From Eledone cirrhosa (Eukaryota), in contig OZ024752.1 in assembly GCA_964016885.1 (NCBI GenBank), positions 16,182,001-16,246,000 on the forward strand: a stretch of DNA of 64,000 nt, in the 5' to 3' direction. The notes under the pieces were generated by a model that saw only the letters and a program-made list of their open reading frames with translations, was not told where the DNA came from and did not search any database. The position numbers and the translations under genes are program-made. Below, piece after piece: positions 27,401 to 42,099 of this stretch. The stretch's first letter is position 1. Every line of letters starts with the position of its first letter.

Positions 27401-30400
27401 TATATATCACATAGGTTATAGAGCCGTATAGCTGGTACAGACTATAGTTATATATCACATAGGTTATAGAGCCGTATAGCTGGTAGAGACTACAGTTATA
27501 TATCACATAGGTTATAGAACCGCATAGCTGGTACAGACTATAGTTATATATCACATAGGTTATAGAGCCGTATAGCTGGTACACACTACAGTTATATATC
27601 ACATAGGCTATAGAGCCGTATAGCTGGTACAGACTACAGTTATATATCACATAGGTTATAGAGCCGTATTACTGGTACACACTACAGTTTTATATCACAT
27701 AGGTTATAGAGCCGTATAGCTGGTACAGACAATAGTTATATATCACATAGATTATAGAGCCGTATAGCTGGTACAGACTAGTGTTATATATCACATAGGT
27801 TATAGAGCCTTATAGCTGGTACAGACTATAGTTATATATCACATAGGTTATAGAGCCGTATAGCTGGTACAGACTACAGTTATATATCACATAGGTTATA
27901 GAGCCGTATAGCTGGTACAGACTATAGTTATATATCACATAGGTTATACAGCCGTATAGCTGGTACTGACTACAGTTATATATCACATAGGTTATAGAGC
28001 CGTATAGCTGGTACACACTACAGTTATATATCACATAGGTTATAGAGCCGTATAGCTGGTACAGACTATAGTTATATATCACATAGGTTATAGAGCCGTA
28101 TAGCTGGTAGAGACTACAGTTATATATCACATAGGTTATAGAACCGTATAGCTGGTACAGACTATAGTTATATATCACATAGGTTATAGAGCCGTATAGC
28201 TGGTACACACTACAGTTATATATCACATAGGCTATAGAGCCTTATAGCTGGTACAGACTACAGTTATATATCACATAGGTTATAGAGCCGTATAGCTGGT
28301 ACACACTACAGTTATATATCACATAGGTTATAGAGCCGTATAGCTGGTACAGACTATAGTTATATATCAGATAGGTTATAGAGCCGTATATCTGGTACAG
28401 ACTAGTGTTATATATCACATAGGTTATAGAGCCTTATAGCTGGTACAGACTATAGTTATATATCACATAGGTTATAGAGCCGTATAGCTGGTACAGAATA
28501 TAGTTATATATCACATAGGTTATAGAGCCGTATAGCTGGTACAGACTATAGTTATATATCACATAGGTTATAGAGCCGTATAGCTGGTACACACTACAGT
28601 TATATATCACATAGGTTATAGAACCGTATAGCTGGTACAGACTATAGTTAAATATCACATAGGTTATAGAGCCGTATAGCTGGTACAGACTATAGTTATA
28701 TATCACATAGGTTATAGAGCCGTATAGCTGGTACACACTACAGTTATATATCACATAGGTTATAGAACCGTATAGCTGGTACAGACTATAGTTATATATC
28801 ACATAGGTTTTAGAGCCGTATAGCTGGTACAGACTACAGTTATATATCACATAGGTTATAGAGCCGTATAGCTGGTACAGACTATAGTTATATATCACAT
28901 AGGTTTAGAGCCGTATAGCTGGTACAGACTATAGTTATATATCACATAGGTTATAGAGCCGTATAGCTGGTACAGACTACAGTTATATATCACATAGGTT
29001 ATAAGCCGTATAACTGGTACAGACTATAGTTATATATCACATAGGTTATAAGCCGTATAGCTGGTACAGACTACAGTTATATATCACATAGGTTATAGAG
29101 CCGTATAGCTGGTACAGACTATAGTTATATATCACATAGGTTATAAGCCGTATAGCTGGTAGAGACTACAGTTATATATCACATAGGATATAGAGCCGTA
29201 TAGCTGGTACACACTACAGTTATATATCACATAGGTTATAAGCCGTATAGCTGGTACAGACTACATTTATATATCACATAGGTTATAAGCCGTATAGCTG
29301 GTAGAGACTACAGTTATATATCACATAGGATATAGAGCCGTATAGCTGGTACAGACTACAGTTATATATCACATAGGTTATAAGCCGTATAGCTGGTACA
29401 GACTACAGTTATATATCACATAGGTTATAAGCCGTATAGCTGGTACAGACTAGTGTTATATATCACATAGGTTATAGAGCCGTATAGCTGGTACAGACTA
29501 CAGTTATATATCACATAGGTTATAGAGCCGTATAGCCGGTACAGACTATAGTTATATATCACATAGGTTATAGAGCCGTATAGCTGGTACAGACTACAGT
29601 TATATATCACATAGGTTATAGAGCCGTATAGCTGGTACACACTACAGTCATATATCACATAGGTTATAAGCCCTATAGCTGGTACAGACTACAGTTATAT
29701 ATCACATAGGTTATAAGCCGTATAGCTGGTACAGACTACAGTTATATATCACATAGGTTATAGAGCCGTATAGCTGGTACAGACTATAGTTATATATCAC
29801 ATAGGTTATAGAGCCGTATAGCTGGTACAGACTACAGTTATATATCACATAGGTTATAAGCCGTATAACTGGTACAGACTATAGTTATATATCACATAGG
29901 TTATAAGCCGTATAGCTGGTACAGACTACAGTTATATATCACATAGGTTATAGAGCCGTATAGCTGGTACAGACTATAGTTATATATCACATAGGTTATA
30001 AGCCGTATAGCTGGTAGAGACTACAGTTATATATCACATAGGATATAGAGCCGTATAGCTGGTACACACTACAGTTATATATCACATAGGTTATAAGCCG
30101 TATAGCTGGTACAGACTACAGTTATATATCACATAGGTTATAAGCCGTATAGCTGGTAGAGACTACAGTTATATATCACATAGGATATAGAGCCGTTTTG
30201 CTGGTACAGACTACAGTTATATATCACATAGGTTATAAGCCGTATAGCTGGTACAGACTACAGTTATATATCACATAGGTTATAAGCCGTACAGCTGGTA
30301 CAGACTAGTGTTATATATCACATAGGTTATAGAGCCGTATAGCTGGTACAGACTATAGTTATATATCACATAGGTTATAGAGCCGTATAGCTGGTACAGA

Positions 30401-33400
30401 CTATAGTTATATATCACATAGGTTATAGAGCCGTATAGCTGGTACAGACTAGAGTTATATATCACATAGGTTATAGAGCCGTATAGCTGGTACACACTAC
30501 AGTTATATATCACATAGGTTATAAGCCGTATAGCTGGTACAGACTACAGTTATATATCACATAGGTTATAAGCCGTATAGCTGGTACAGACTTCAGTTAT
30601 ATATCACATAGGTTATAGAGCCTTATAGCTGGTACAGACTATAGTTATATATCACATAGGTTATAAGCCGTATAGCTGGTACAGACTATAGTTATATATC
30701 ACATAGGTTATAGAGCCGTATAGCTGGTACAGACTACAGTTATATATCACATAGGTTATAGAGCCGTATAGCTGGTACAGACTACAGTTATATATCACAT
30801 AGGTTATAGAGCCGTATAGCTGGTACACACTACAGTTATATATCACATAGGTTATAGAGCCGTATAGCTGGTAGAGACTACAGTTATATATCACATAGGT
30901 TATAGAGCCGTATAGCTGGTACAGACTACAGTTATATATCACATAGGTTATAGAGCCGTATAGCTGGTACAGACTATAGTTATATATCACATAGGTTATA
31001 GAGCCGTATAGCTGGTAGAGACTACAGTTATATATCACATAGGTTATAGAACCGTATAGCTGGTACAGACTATAGTTATATATCACATAGGTTATAGAGC
31101 CGTATAGCTGGTACACACTACAGTTATATATCACATAGGCTATAGAGCCGTATAGCTGGTACAGACTACAGTTATATATCACATAGGTTATAGAGCCGTA
31201 TTACTGGTACACACTACAGTTTTATATCACATAGGTTATAGAGCCGTATAGCTGGTACAGACTATAGTTATATATCACATAGATTATAGAGCCGTATAGC
31301 TGGTACAGACTAGTGTTATATATCACATAGGTTATAGAGCCTTATAGCTGGTACAGACTATAGTTATATATCACATAGGTTATAGAGCCGTATAGCTGGT
31401 ACAGACTACAGTTATATATCACATAGGTTATAGAGCCGTATAGCTGGTACAGACTATAGTTATATATCACATAGGTTATAGAGCCGTATAGCTGGTACAG
31501 ACTACAGTTATATATCACATAGGTTATAGAGCCGTATAGCTGGTACACACTACAGTTATATATCACATAGGTTATAGAGCCGTATAGCTGGTACAGACTA
31601 TAGTTATATATCACATAGGTTATAGAGCCGTATAGCTGGTAGAGACTACAGTTATATATCACATAGGTTATAGAACCGTATAGCTGGTACACACTACAGT
31701 TATATATCACATAGGTTATAAGCCGTATAGCTGGTACAGACTACAGTTATATATCACATAGGTTATAAGCCGTATAGCTGGTACAGTCTTCAGTTATATA
31801 TCACATAGGTTATAGAGCCTTATAGCTGGTACAGACTATAGTTATATATCACATAGGTTATAAGCCGTATAGCTGGTACAGACTATAGTTATATATCACA
31901 TAGGTTATAGAGCCGTATAGCTGGTACAGACTACAGTTATATATCACATAGGTTATAAGCCGTATAGCTGGTACAGACTATAGTTATATATCACATAGGT
32001 TATAGAGCCGTATAGCTGGTACACACTACAGTTATATATCACATAGGTTATAGAGCCGTATAGCTGGTACAGACTACAGTTATATATCACATAGGTTATA
32101 GAGCCGTATAGCTGGTACACACTACAGTTATATATCACATAGGTTATAGAGCCGTATAGCTGGTAGAGACTACAGTTATATATCACATAGGTTATAGAGC
32201 CGTATAGCTGGTACAGACTACAGTTATATATCACATAGGTTATAGAGCCGTATAGCTGGTACAGACTATAGTTATATATCACATAGGTTATAGAGCCGTA
32301 TAGCTGGTAGAGACTACAGTTATATATCACATAGGTTATAGAACCGTATAGCTGGTACAGACTATAGTTATATATCACATAGGTTATAGAGCCGTATAGC
32401 TGGTACACACTACAGTTATATATCACATAGGCTATAGAGCCGTATAGCTGGTACAGACTACAGTTATATATCACATAGGTTATAGAGCCGTATTACTGGT
32501 ACACACTACAGTTTTATATCACATAGGTTATAGAGCCGTATAGCTGGTACAGACTATAGTTATATATCACATAGATTATAGAGTCGTATAGCTGGTACAG
32601 ACTAGTGTTATATATCACATAGGTTATAGAGCCTTATAGCTGGTACAGACTATAGTTATATATCACATAGGTTATAGAGCCGTATAGCTGGTACAGACTA
32701 CAGTTATATATCACATAGGTTATAGAGCCGTATAGCTGGTACAGACTATAGTTATATATCACATAGGTTATAGAGCCGTATAGCTGGTACAGACTACAGT
32801 TATATATCACATAGGTTATAGAGCCGTATAGCTGGTACACACTACAGTTATATATCACATAGGTTATAGAGCCGTATAGCTGGTACAGACTATAGTTATA
32901 TATCACATAGGTTATAGAGCCGTATAGCTGGTAGAGACTACAGTTATATATCACATAGGTTATAGAACCGTATAGCTGGTACAGACTATAGTTATATATC
33001 ACATAGGTTATAGAGCCGTATAGCTGGTACACACTACAGTTATATATCACATAGGCTATAGATCCGTATAGCTGGTACAGACTACAGTTATATATCACAT
33101 AGGTTATAGAGCCGTATAGCTGGTACACACTACAGTTATATATCACATAGGTTATAGAGCCGTATAGCTGGTACAGACTATAGTTATATATCACATAGGT
33201 TATAGAGCCGTATATCTGGTACAGACTAGTGTTATATATCACATAGGTTATAGAGCCTTATAGCTGGTACAGACTATAGTTATATATCACATAGGTTATA
33301 GAGCCGTATAGCTGGTACAGACTACAGTTATATATCACATAGGTTATAGAGCCGTATAGCTGGTACAGACTATAGTTATATATCACATAGGTTATAGAGC

Positions 33401-36400
33401 CGTATAGCTGGTACAGACTATAGTTATATATCACATAAGTTATAGAGCCGTATAGCTGGTACACACTACAGTTATATATCACATAGGTTATAGAACCGTA
33501 TAGCTGGTACAGACTATAGTTAAATATCACATAGGTTATAGAGCCGTATAGCTGGTACAGACTATAGTTATATATCACATAGGTTATAGAGCCGTATAGC
33601 TGGTACACACTACAGTTATATATCACATAGGTTATAGAACCGTATAGCTGGTACAGACTATAGTTATATATCACATAGGTTATAGAGCCGTATAGCTGGT
33701 ACAGACTATAGTTATATATCACATAGGTTATAGAGCCGTATAGCTGGTACAGACTACAGTTATATATCACATAGGTTATAGAGCCGTATAGCTGGTACAC
33801 ACTACAGTTATATATCACATAGGTTATAGAGCCGTATAGCTGGTACAGACTATAGTTATATATCACATAGGTTATAGAGCCGTATAGCTGGTAGAGACTA
33901 CAGTTATATATCACATAGGTTATAGAACCGTATAGCTGGTACAGACTATAGTTATATATCACATAGGTTATAGAGCCGTATAGCTGGTACACACTACAGT
34001 TATATATCACATAGGCTATAGAGCCGTATAGCTGGTACAGACTACAGTTATATATCACATAGGTTATAGAGCCGTATAGCTGGTACACACTACAGTTATA
34101 TATCACATAGGTTATAGAGCCGTATAGCTGTTACAGACTATAGTTATATATCACATAGGTTATAGAGCCGTATATCTGGTACAGACTAGTGTTATATATC
34201 ACATAGGTTATAGAGCCTTATAGCTGGTACAGACTATAGTTATATATCACATAGGTTATAGAGCCGTATAGCTGGTACAGACTACAGTTATATATCACAT
34301 AGGTTATAGAGCCGTATAGCTGGTACAGACTATAGTTATATATCACATAGGTTATAGAGCCGTATAGCTGGTACAGACTATAGTTATATATCACATAGGT
34401 TATAGAGCCGTATAGCTGGTACACACTACAGTTATATATCACATAGGTTATAGAACCGTATAGCTGGTACAGACTATAGTTAAATATCACATAGGTTATA
34501 GAGCCGTATAGCTGGTACAGACTATAGTTATATATCACATAGGTTATAGAGCCGTATAGCTGGTACACACTACAGTTATATATCACATAGGTTATAGAAC
34601 CGTATAGCTGGTACAGACTATAGTTATATATCACATAGGTTATAGAGCCGTATAGCTGGTACAGACTACAGTTATATATCACATAGGTTATAGAGCCGTA
34701 TAGCTGGTACAGACTATAGTTATATATCACATAGGTTATAGAGCCGTATAGCTGGTACAGACTATAGTTATATATCACATAGGTTATAGAGCCGTATAGC
34801 TGGTACAGACTACAGTTATATATCACATAGGTTATAAGCCGTATAACTGGTACAGACTATAGTTATATATCACATAGGTTATAAGCCGTATAGCTGGTAC
34901 AGACTACAGTTATATATCACATAGGTTATAGAGCCGTATAGCTGGTACAGACTATAGTTATATATCACATAGGTTATAAGCCGTATAGCTGGTAGAGACT
35001 ACAGTTATATATCACATAGGATATAGAGCCGCATAGCTGATACACACTACAGTTATATATCACATAGGTTATAAGCCGTATAGCTGGTACAGACTACAGT
35101 TATATATCACATAGGTTATAAGCCGTATAGCTGGTAGAGACTACAGTTATATATCACATAGGATATAGAGCCGTATAGCTGGTACAGACTACAGTTATAT
35201 ATCACATAGTTTATAAGCCGTATAGCTGGTACAGACTACAGTTATATATCACATAGGTTATAAGCCGTATAGCTGGTACACACTACAGTTATATATCACA
35301 TAGGTTATAGAGCCGTATAGCTGGTACACACTACAGTCATATATCACATAGGTTATAAGCCCTATAGCTGGTACAGACTACAGTTATATATCACATAGGT
35401 TATAAGCCGTATAGCTGGTACAGACTACAGTTATATATCACATAGGTTATAGAGCCGTATAGCTGGTACAGACTACAGTTACATATCACATAGGTTATAG
35501 AGCCGTATAGCTGGTACAGACTACAGTTATATATCACATAGGTTATAGAGCCGTATAGCTGGTACAGACTACAGTTATATATCACATAGTTTATACAGCC
35601 GTATAGCTGGTACAGACTACAGTTATATATCACATAGGTTATAGAGCCGTATAGCTGGTACAGACTACAGTTATATATCACATAGGTTATAGAGCCGTAT
35701 AGCTGGTACAGACTACAGTTATATATCACATAGGTTATAGAACCGTATAGCTGGTACAGACTACAGTTATATATCACATAGGTTATAGAGCCGTATAGCT
35801 GGTACACACTACAGTTATATATCACATAGGTTATAGAGCCGTATAGCTGGTACAGACTACAGTTATATATCACACAGTTTATAGAGCCGTATAGCTGGTA
35901 CAGACTACAGTTATATATCACATAGTTTATAGAGCCGTATAGCTGGTACAGACTAGTGTTATATATCACATAGTTTATAGAGCCGTATAGCTGGTACACA
36001 CTACAGTTATATATCACATAGGTTATAGAGCCGTATAGCTGGTACAGACTACAGTTATATATCACATAGGTTATAGAGCCGTATAGCTGGTACAGTCTAT
36101 AGTTATATATCACATAGGTTATAGAGCCGTATAGCTGGTACAGACTATAGTTATATATCACATAGGTTATAGAGCCGTATAGCTGGTACAGACTACAGTT
36201 ATATATCACATAGGTTATAGAGCCGTATAGCTGGTACAGACTAGTGTTATATATCACATAGGTTATAGAGCCTTATAGCTGGTACAGACTATAGTTATAT
36301 ATCACATAGGTTATAGAGCCGTATAGCTGGTACACACTACAGTTATATATCACATAGGTTATAGAGCCGTATAGCTGGTACAAACTACAGTTATATATCA

Positions 36401-36539
36401 CATAGGTTATAGAGCCGTATAGCTGGTACACACTACAGTTATATATCACATAGGTTATAGAGCCGTATAGCTGGTACAGACTATAGTTATATATCACATA
36501 GGTTATAGAGCGGTATAGCTGGTACAGACTATAGTTATA
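21436..36539. repeat. 48-bp satellite array (GGTTATAGAGCCGTATAGCTGGTACAGACTACAGTTATATATCACATA), ~15.1 kb, roughly 315 units
   Basis: Direct reading; 46-bp deletion variants (GGTTATAAGCC) and recurring SNP-variant blocks. Confidence 0.99.
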
Positions 36540-36547
36540 GATTATAA

Positions 36548-36780
36548 CGTAATTCTCGGGGAGATTCAGCATGTCAAAGTATGTGACAAGACTGGGTCTT
36601 TGAATTACAAGTATTGTCCATCCGACAGGCTTCCGAACTGTTCCCATCTACCCAATTTCACTCAAAAGAAATAGGACTACCCGAATAAATGACACTTACT
36701 TAAAATGCCACACAGTGAGGTTGAACCCGAGACCTAACGATTACCAAACGAATGATTTAAGGATCTAGCCATGATGCTTC
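36548..36780 (-). mobile_element. Decayed CORE-like SINE abutting the satellite end
   Basis: aacgtaattctcggggagattcagcatgtca matches the tails at 13378 and 40095 (reverse complement). Confidence 0.6.
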
Positions 36781-37071
36781 TACATAGAACAGATCAGAGC
36801 GACATTTCACACCTCCCTATACATACCATCGGCACGGAGTTGACTAACCGCAGGTGTGTGCCTCGCGAGCTGGAATGACTCTTTCAGCCTGTCTACTTAA
36901 CTATCCTCCGGGGAAACGTCTTCTCTATTCTGCCCACCGGGGCCGCAGGGCAACCAGCGCGGGGACCTCCATTTGCTCATAATAGTGAGAGATGGGGAGA
37001 GATGGAGAGACGGAGGCAGTGACAGTGGGAGTTTGGTTCCTTTGTGTTAGGACCTGATTTATATGTATATA

Positions 37072-37984
37072 CTAGCTGCAGTACTCGGTAATACCCGGGA
37101 AAGGTGGGGTCATTAGCAGTTCCCTGAATACGCCTGAAAATGCTAGCGACCCTGGGTGCCCATACTGGATTTTCAAGAGAACCTTTGCTATGTGTGTTTA
37201 TGGCAGATCAATTTTTTGTGTGGAACTATCAATAGCTGTTTAAGACATAAGTCCTTCTTTCATTCATAGTGAATAAGCCGGGGAAGTTTGAGCTCGAAGA
37301 GTATCGAACTTATTTAACAAACTTATATATAAGAATAGCAAACTTACTGCTTACCGCTCAAGAACAAACACAGAACAATTGAGGAAGTCATCGTAATTAT
37401 TGAAGAAATTATAACCGAATGAACATATTCAGGTACTGTTCAAGCACCCGTATATCACCTTTTGTAAAGCCCTTCGAATGACTGAAGCAATTAAATAAAA
37501 CCATCCCGTTTTCCTCCTATAGTAGACATAACCTGAGAAAACACACCATAAGTTGGATAAACAATCAGAAGTATTGGCCCTAAAGAGGGCTTTGTAATGT
37601 TCAAAGTGTCAATAATGGGGAGAAGCTACATCTTCTTAATTCGTGTTAATCTTCCCACGATCTGACGCCTCGAAATATCTACAGAATAAACTCTACTCTC
37701 AAAGACGTCATACTACAATTAACACGCCGAGAGTACGAATATTTATCATCATACGATTTGGGTTTTATTCTTCGGACTAATCTCGTGATAAGTCAACTTC
37801 CAGATCATTGATCATCACACTTTTTTGTAACTTATCACCGATTCTTGCAGCTGACCTTAATGTCTCCTAAGCGTGTGCACGTATTCAGAATCCATAGCAG
37901 TGGATGTGATATATATATATATATATATATATAGATCCCTTCCATATACTGTACCGATTGTGTTGTTATTTCTGTTTACCTTTT

Positions 37985-38051
<67 letters not shown>

Positions 38052-38438
38052 GACATCTGTTCAGTCGTCAACCACAATTAGATTGTCGTCTGCTTTGAAA
38101 TTTCTTTATGTATATTTCTAATAAGTTGTTGCCTCGTTTTGGAGGGCTGAGTTGTGGGAGGAGGAAGGGGAGAAGTGAGGGGAGTGTGTGTGGGGGGGGG
38201 GGGGGGGTTAACATACAGTAGTAGTATCTCCTCTTCCCCCTCTCTCTTTCCTCCTCCATTGTAAAGATGTCCCCAGGGGTTCCATTATTGATTTTATAAA
38301 ATCCTATTAGCCACTCCTGTTTCTGAATATCAGCTTAACATGTGTGTAAAGTTTCATCATGATCGGATCTCTGGTGTAGGCGCTAACTGGTTATACAAAG
38401 ATACACAGACAGGCAGAAATTGCCATTTATATAGTAGA
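37072..38438 (-). mobile_element. Non-autonomous Helitron with intact termini
   Basis: Minus strand begins A|TCTACTATATAAATGGC and ends with hairpin CCCGGGTATTACCGAG..CTAG|T; inserted between A and T; 5' part homologous to 49775-49860. Confidence 0.75.
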
Positions 38439-38863
38439 TTTATTTACCACATCACATTAATACCTCAGTCGAATACCAGATATTTACTTTAGACTCACAC
38501 GTTATATATGTATTTTTGGTATTACATGGACCCGTAACCCCTGATGAGGTCGTAGGGGCGCTGTAGTGGGATACAGCGTTTCTCGGACATTTTAAGTCTG
38601 GCGGAGCCCATCCCTCTTCAGGTCTGAATACAGCAGATTTCTTCCCAAGAAGGATAGAAGGGGAGAGAGATATCAAGTGAGAAAAAATACAGAAGCAGAA
38701 TCGACCCCTGCGAATCGACCTCTGCGAGATTTGAACTCAGGGCGCAGAGAGCCGGAACGGATACTGCAAAGCATTCTATACGAGGTTCTCATGACTCTGC
38801 CAATGCGTCAGCCTTATATAGGTAGCATATATCCCATCATTCTTTTATTATTTAAGGTCGAAA

Positions 38864-39285
38864 GGGTGGTGGATTGGCTGCATCGGTAGAGAATCTGACA
38901 CCATGCTTTGTAGCATAGAGTTACGGTCCTTTACGGTCTGAGTTCAAATCCCGCCGAGGTTAACTTTGCCTTTCATCCTTACGGGGTTGATAAAATAAAA
39001 TACCAGTAACGTAGTGGGGTCGATTTAATTGATTTCCCCCTTCCCCCAAATTACTGACATTGTGCCTATACTAGAAACCATTATTTAATGTGGATTGGGC
39101 GGTGGATTGGCAGTATCGGTAGAGGGTCGGACGCCATGCTTTCCAGCATAGTTACGTCCCTTTACGATCTGAGTTCAAATCCCGCCGAGGTAGACTTTCC
39201 CTTTCATCCTTACGGGGTCGATAAAATAAAGTACCAGTAATGCACTGTGTAATTGCTGGCCTTGTGCCTAAAGTCAAAACAATTA
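38864..39285 (+). mobile_element. Two tandem Meta-like SINEs (38864-39085, 39097-39285)
   Basis: Two sets of A/B boxes, cores and tails, each followed by attatttaatgt. Confidence 0.9.
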
Positions 39286-39944
39286 TTTAATGTCGAAATA
39301 TTAAATCTATTTAACTGAGTTAGGTTGACGTTATTATTGTTACAAAATATTTTGAGTTTAAAGATATTTTAGAATATATAATTTGTTCATCTGTATTTTT
39401 TTAATGTTATATTGTGAGTGGATAACGTTTTAAATTATTGAGATTGTGAAATAGCGTCTTGAGATTTCAAATAAATTTATGTGTTTCTAAGCTCGTCACG
39501 AAATCATACATTTTTCTTTGTCCATTTAGCAATAACGAATGAATACCAGGCTTTTTTTTTTTTTTCCACTTCGAAAAACGTTCTTTCTAATGGATATTTT
39601 TAACTAGTTATTAACAGCAGGCCGACAAGAGATAAAGTCCTGCATTGAATATTTCCGTGAAATTAAGAATTATTTACACTTCGAAATTAAGAATTATTTA
39701 CTGAGGTTAATATTCTCATTCATTTCTTCAGGGTCTATAAAATATAGTATCACAAATAGGGATGGGGTAAAGGCATATCTGGTGTAGAGTTAGGTGGACA
39801 GAAAACCATAACCAAAAGATTTAATTATGACAACTTACATCGTTTATGTGTCTGTATATGGGTGTGTATTTACAAGTATATACATTGATGTGTATGTGTG
39901 CACCTGTGTTCATGTAAGTAACTATATGCATGTGCTTATGTTAA

Positions 39945-40222
39945 GGCGCATGGCTTTGTGGTTAGGGCATTCGACTCAAAACCGTAAGGTCGTAAGTTCG
40001 ATTCCACTCAGCTGGCAAAAAGTGTTGTACCTGTAGTTGTACCTGAGATGTACCTGTAGTTCGAATGGCCAGTCTTATCACATTCTGTGTCACGCTGAAT
40101 CTCCCTGAGAACTACGTTAAAGGGTTCGCATGTTTGTGGAATGCTTAGCTACTTGCGTGAGCAGGCTGTTCTGTTGATCGGATGAACTGGAACGCTCCTC
40201 GTCGTAACTGACGGAGTGTCTC
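39945..40222 (+). mobile_element. CORE-like tRNA SINE
   Basis: ggcgcatggctttgtggttagggcattcg..gttcgattcc head; tail ..cgtcgtaactgacggagtg. Confidence 0.8.
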
Positions 40223-41191
40223 AGACATTGATGTGTATCTAAGTAACTACATACACACGCCCATATGTGTGTGTATATACGTATATATATAAAACTCAAC
40301 AAGTTATAATGCTGAAAGGAAAAGTAATAATAGATTAAAACCCATAAAACCTGGGTAGTTACTAAATTTTAAAACAGTTGCAATGGAACTGTGTCAGTGA
40401 CCTGATCACAGGAAGCACGACGAAAATGCTAATACCAATAAATAGCTAAATATAAAAGTAATGGTAGCAGTGTCTGTGTATTTTCAAACTCTTCCATTTT
40501 GCCGAGATTAGCTTTGCCTTTCATGCTTACGGGATCGATAAAATAAAGTACCAGTACTGAGTTCGATTTAATCAATTCTCCCCCTCCCTAAAATATTGTT
40601 GGCCTTGTGCCTAAATCAGAAACCATTATTGCTTTCTCTAAAGTAAACCGGTTACGCATTTTTACAGACTTTTATATAAATAAGGTTTGTTTTCAACACG
40701 CTGACACATATGCATATATACGTGCAAACACAGACACACAAAAATACAAACACATACATTCACACAAACACATGCACACATACACAGCATAACAAATGGA
40801 ACGCCAGCCACTATTTTGCTATAGTTTTCCCACCACCCCCTGCCTTCCTTTTACACACACAGATAGCAGACGTAAAGAGAGAGAGAGGAGTAGTATGAGG
40901 TAGTCAAACTACTCCTCTCTCTCTTTGCGTGTTGTGACAGAATCGCAGAAATTTATATATGGATAAATAACTAAAATGCAAGTCAATTTCGAGAGTGTCT
41001 GTTACATAAAGGTAATGTTGGGTATTGTTTCCCTCCCCCGTAATTTATTTGGAAATATCAGATAAGAATCTAATATATAATAGCCATGTGTTTTTGTACG
41101 TCACGCGAGGGAGGTAACTCATCTATGTTTCAGTATTTTAATATAAATACATAAATATAAATGCATACATATACATAAACATTATACAAAA

Positions 41192-41577
41192 TAATTGTTT
41201 CTACTATTGGCACAAGGCCAGCAATTAACAAGTACATAACTGGTAGTTTATTTTATCCACCCCTGTAAGGATGAAAGGCAAAGTTAACCTCGGCGGGATT
41301 TGAACTCAGAATGGAAAGGGCCGTAACTCTTTGCGTCAAATCATGGCGTCCGACCCTCTACTAATACTGCCAATTCTATACAAAATAATTGTTTCTACGT
41401 TTGGCACAAGGCCAGCAATTAACCAGTACATAACTGGTACTTTATTTTATCCACCCCCGTAAGGATGAAAGGCAAAGTTAACCTCGGCGGGAATTGAACT
41501 CACAATAGAAAGGGCTGTAACTCTTTGCGTCAAAGCATGGCGTCCGACCCTCTACCGATACTGCCAATTCACCGCCC
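41192..41577 (-). mobile_element. Head-to-tail dimer of Meta-like SINEs
   Basis: Two copies; tatacaaaataat occurs before, between and after them. Confidence 0.9.
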
Positions 41578-42099
41578 TATACAAAATAATGATTACATAG
41601 ACACACATCTATGTGATGAGTGTGGAAGGAAGGGGGCTGTGACAAACTATAGAAAACAGAACAGCGTTCGCTACACCCGTGTTACTCATACATATAAATG
41701 TATACATATGCACACACACACACACACATACTCACACACATATATGTGTGCATGTAATAATTATTTTCTCTGAGTCTGTGTATGTGTATGTTTGTGTAGA
41801 TGTGTGTGTATGCAATAATTATTTTTAACTAGCGTTCTTAGATTGGCTACACTTTTGTGAGTGTATGTGTGTGTGTGTAAGTGGTGTGTCTTTGAGTGTT
41901 TGTGTGTGTGAGTGTATGTATGTGTGAGTGTATGTATGTGTGGGAGTATATGTATAATGTGTGAGTGGTTGTGTGTATATGTTGTCAAAGGAGCCAAGTC
42001 CCTAGCAATATTGAAATAAATTAGAATTATCAAGATTATAAAATGACCGCAGTTGAAAGATATATACAAATACACATTTACTCTTTAGCCGTCATTTCT

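Noticed and set aside
21436-36539. Long ORFs encoding YNCSLYQLYGSITYVI repeats (possible structural protein)
   Set aside because: Consequence of a 48-bp unit divisible by 3. The frame is repeatedly broken by 46-bp units and TAA variants, and there is no signal peptide or unique domain
21436-36539. CRISPR-like array
   Set aside because: No unique spacers, no cas genes, eukaryotic context
38535-38600. CTGATGAGG as a hammerhead
   Set aside because: No downstream GAAA or stems; part of a SINE/RTE tail in reverse orientation
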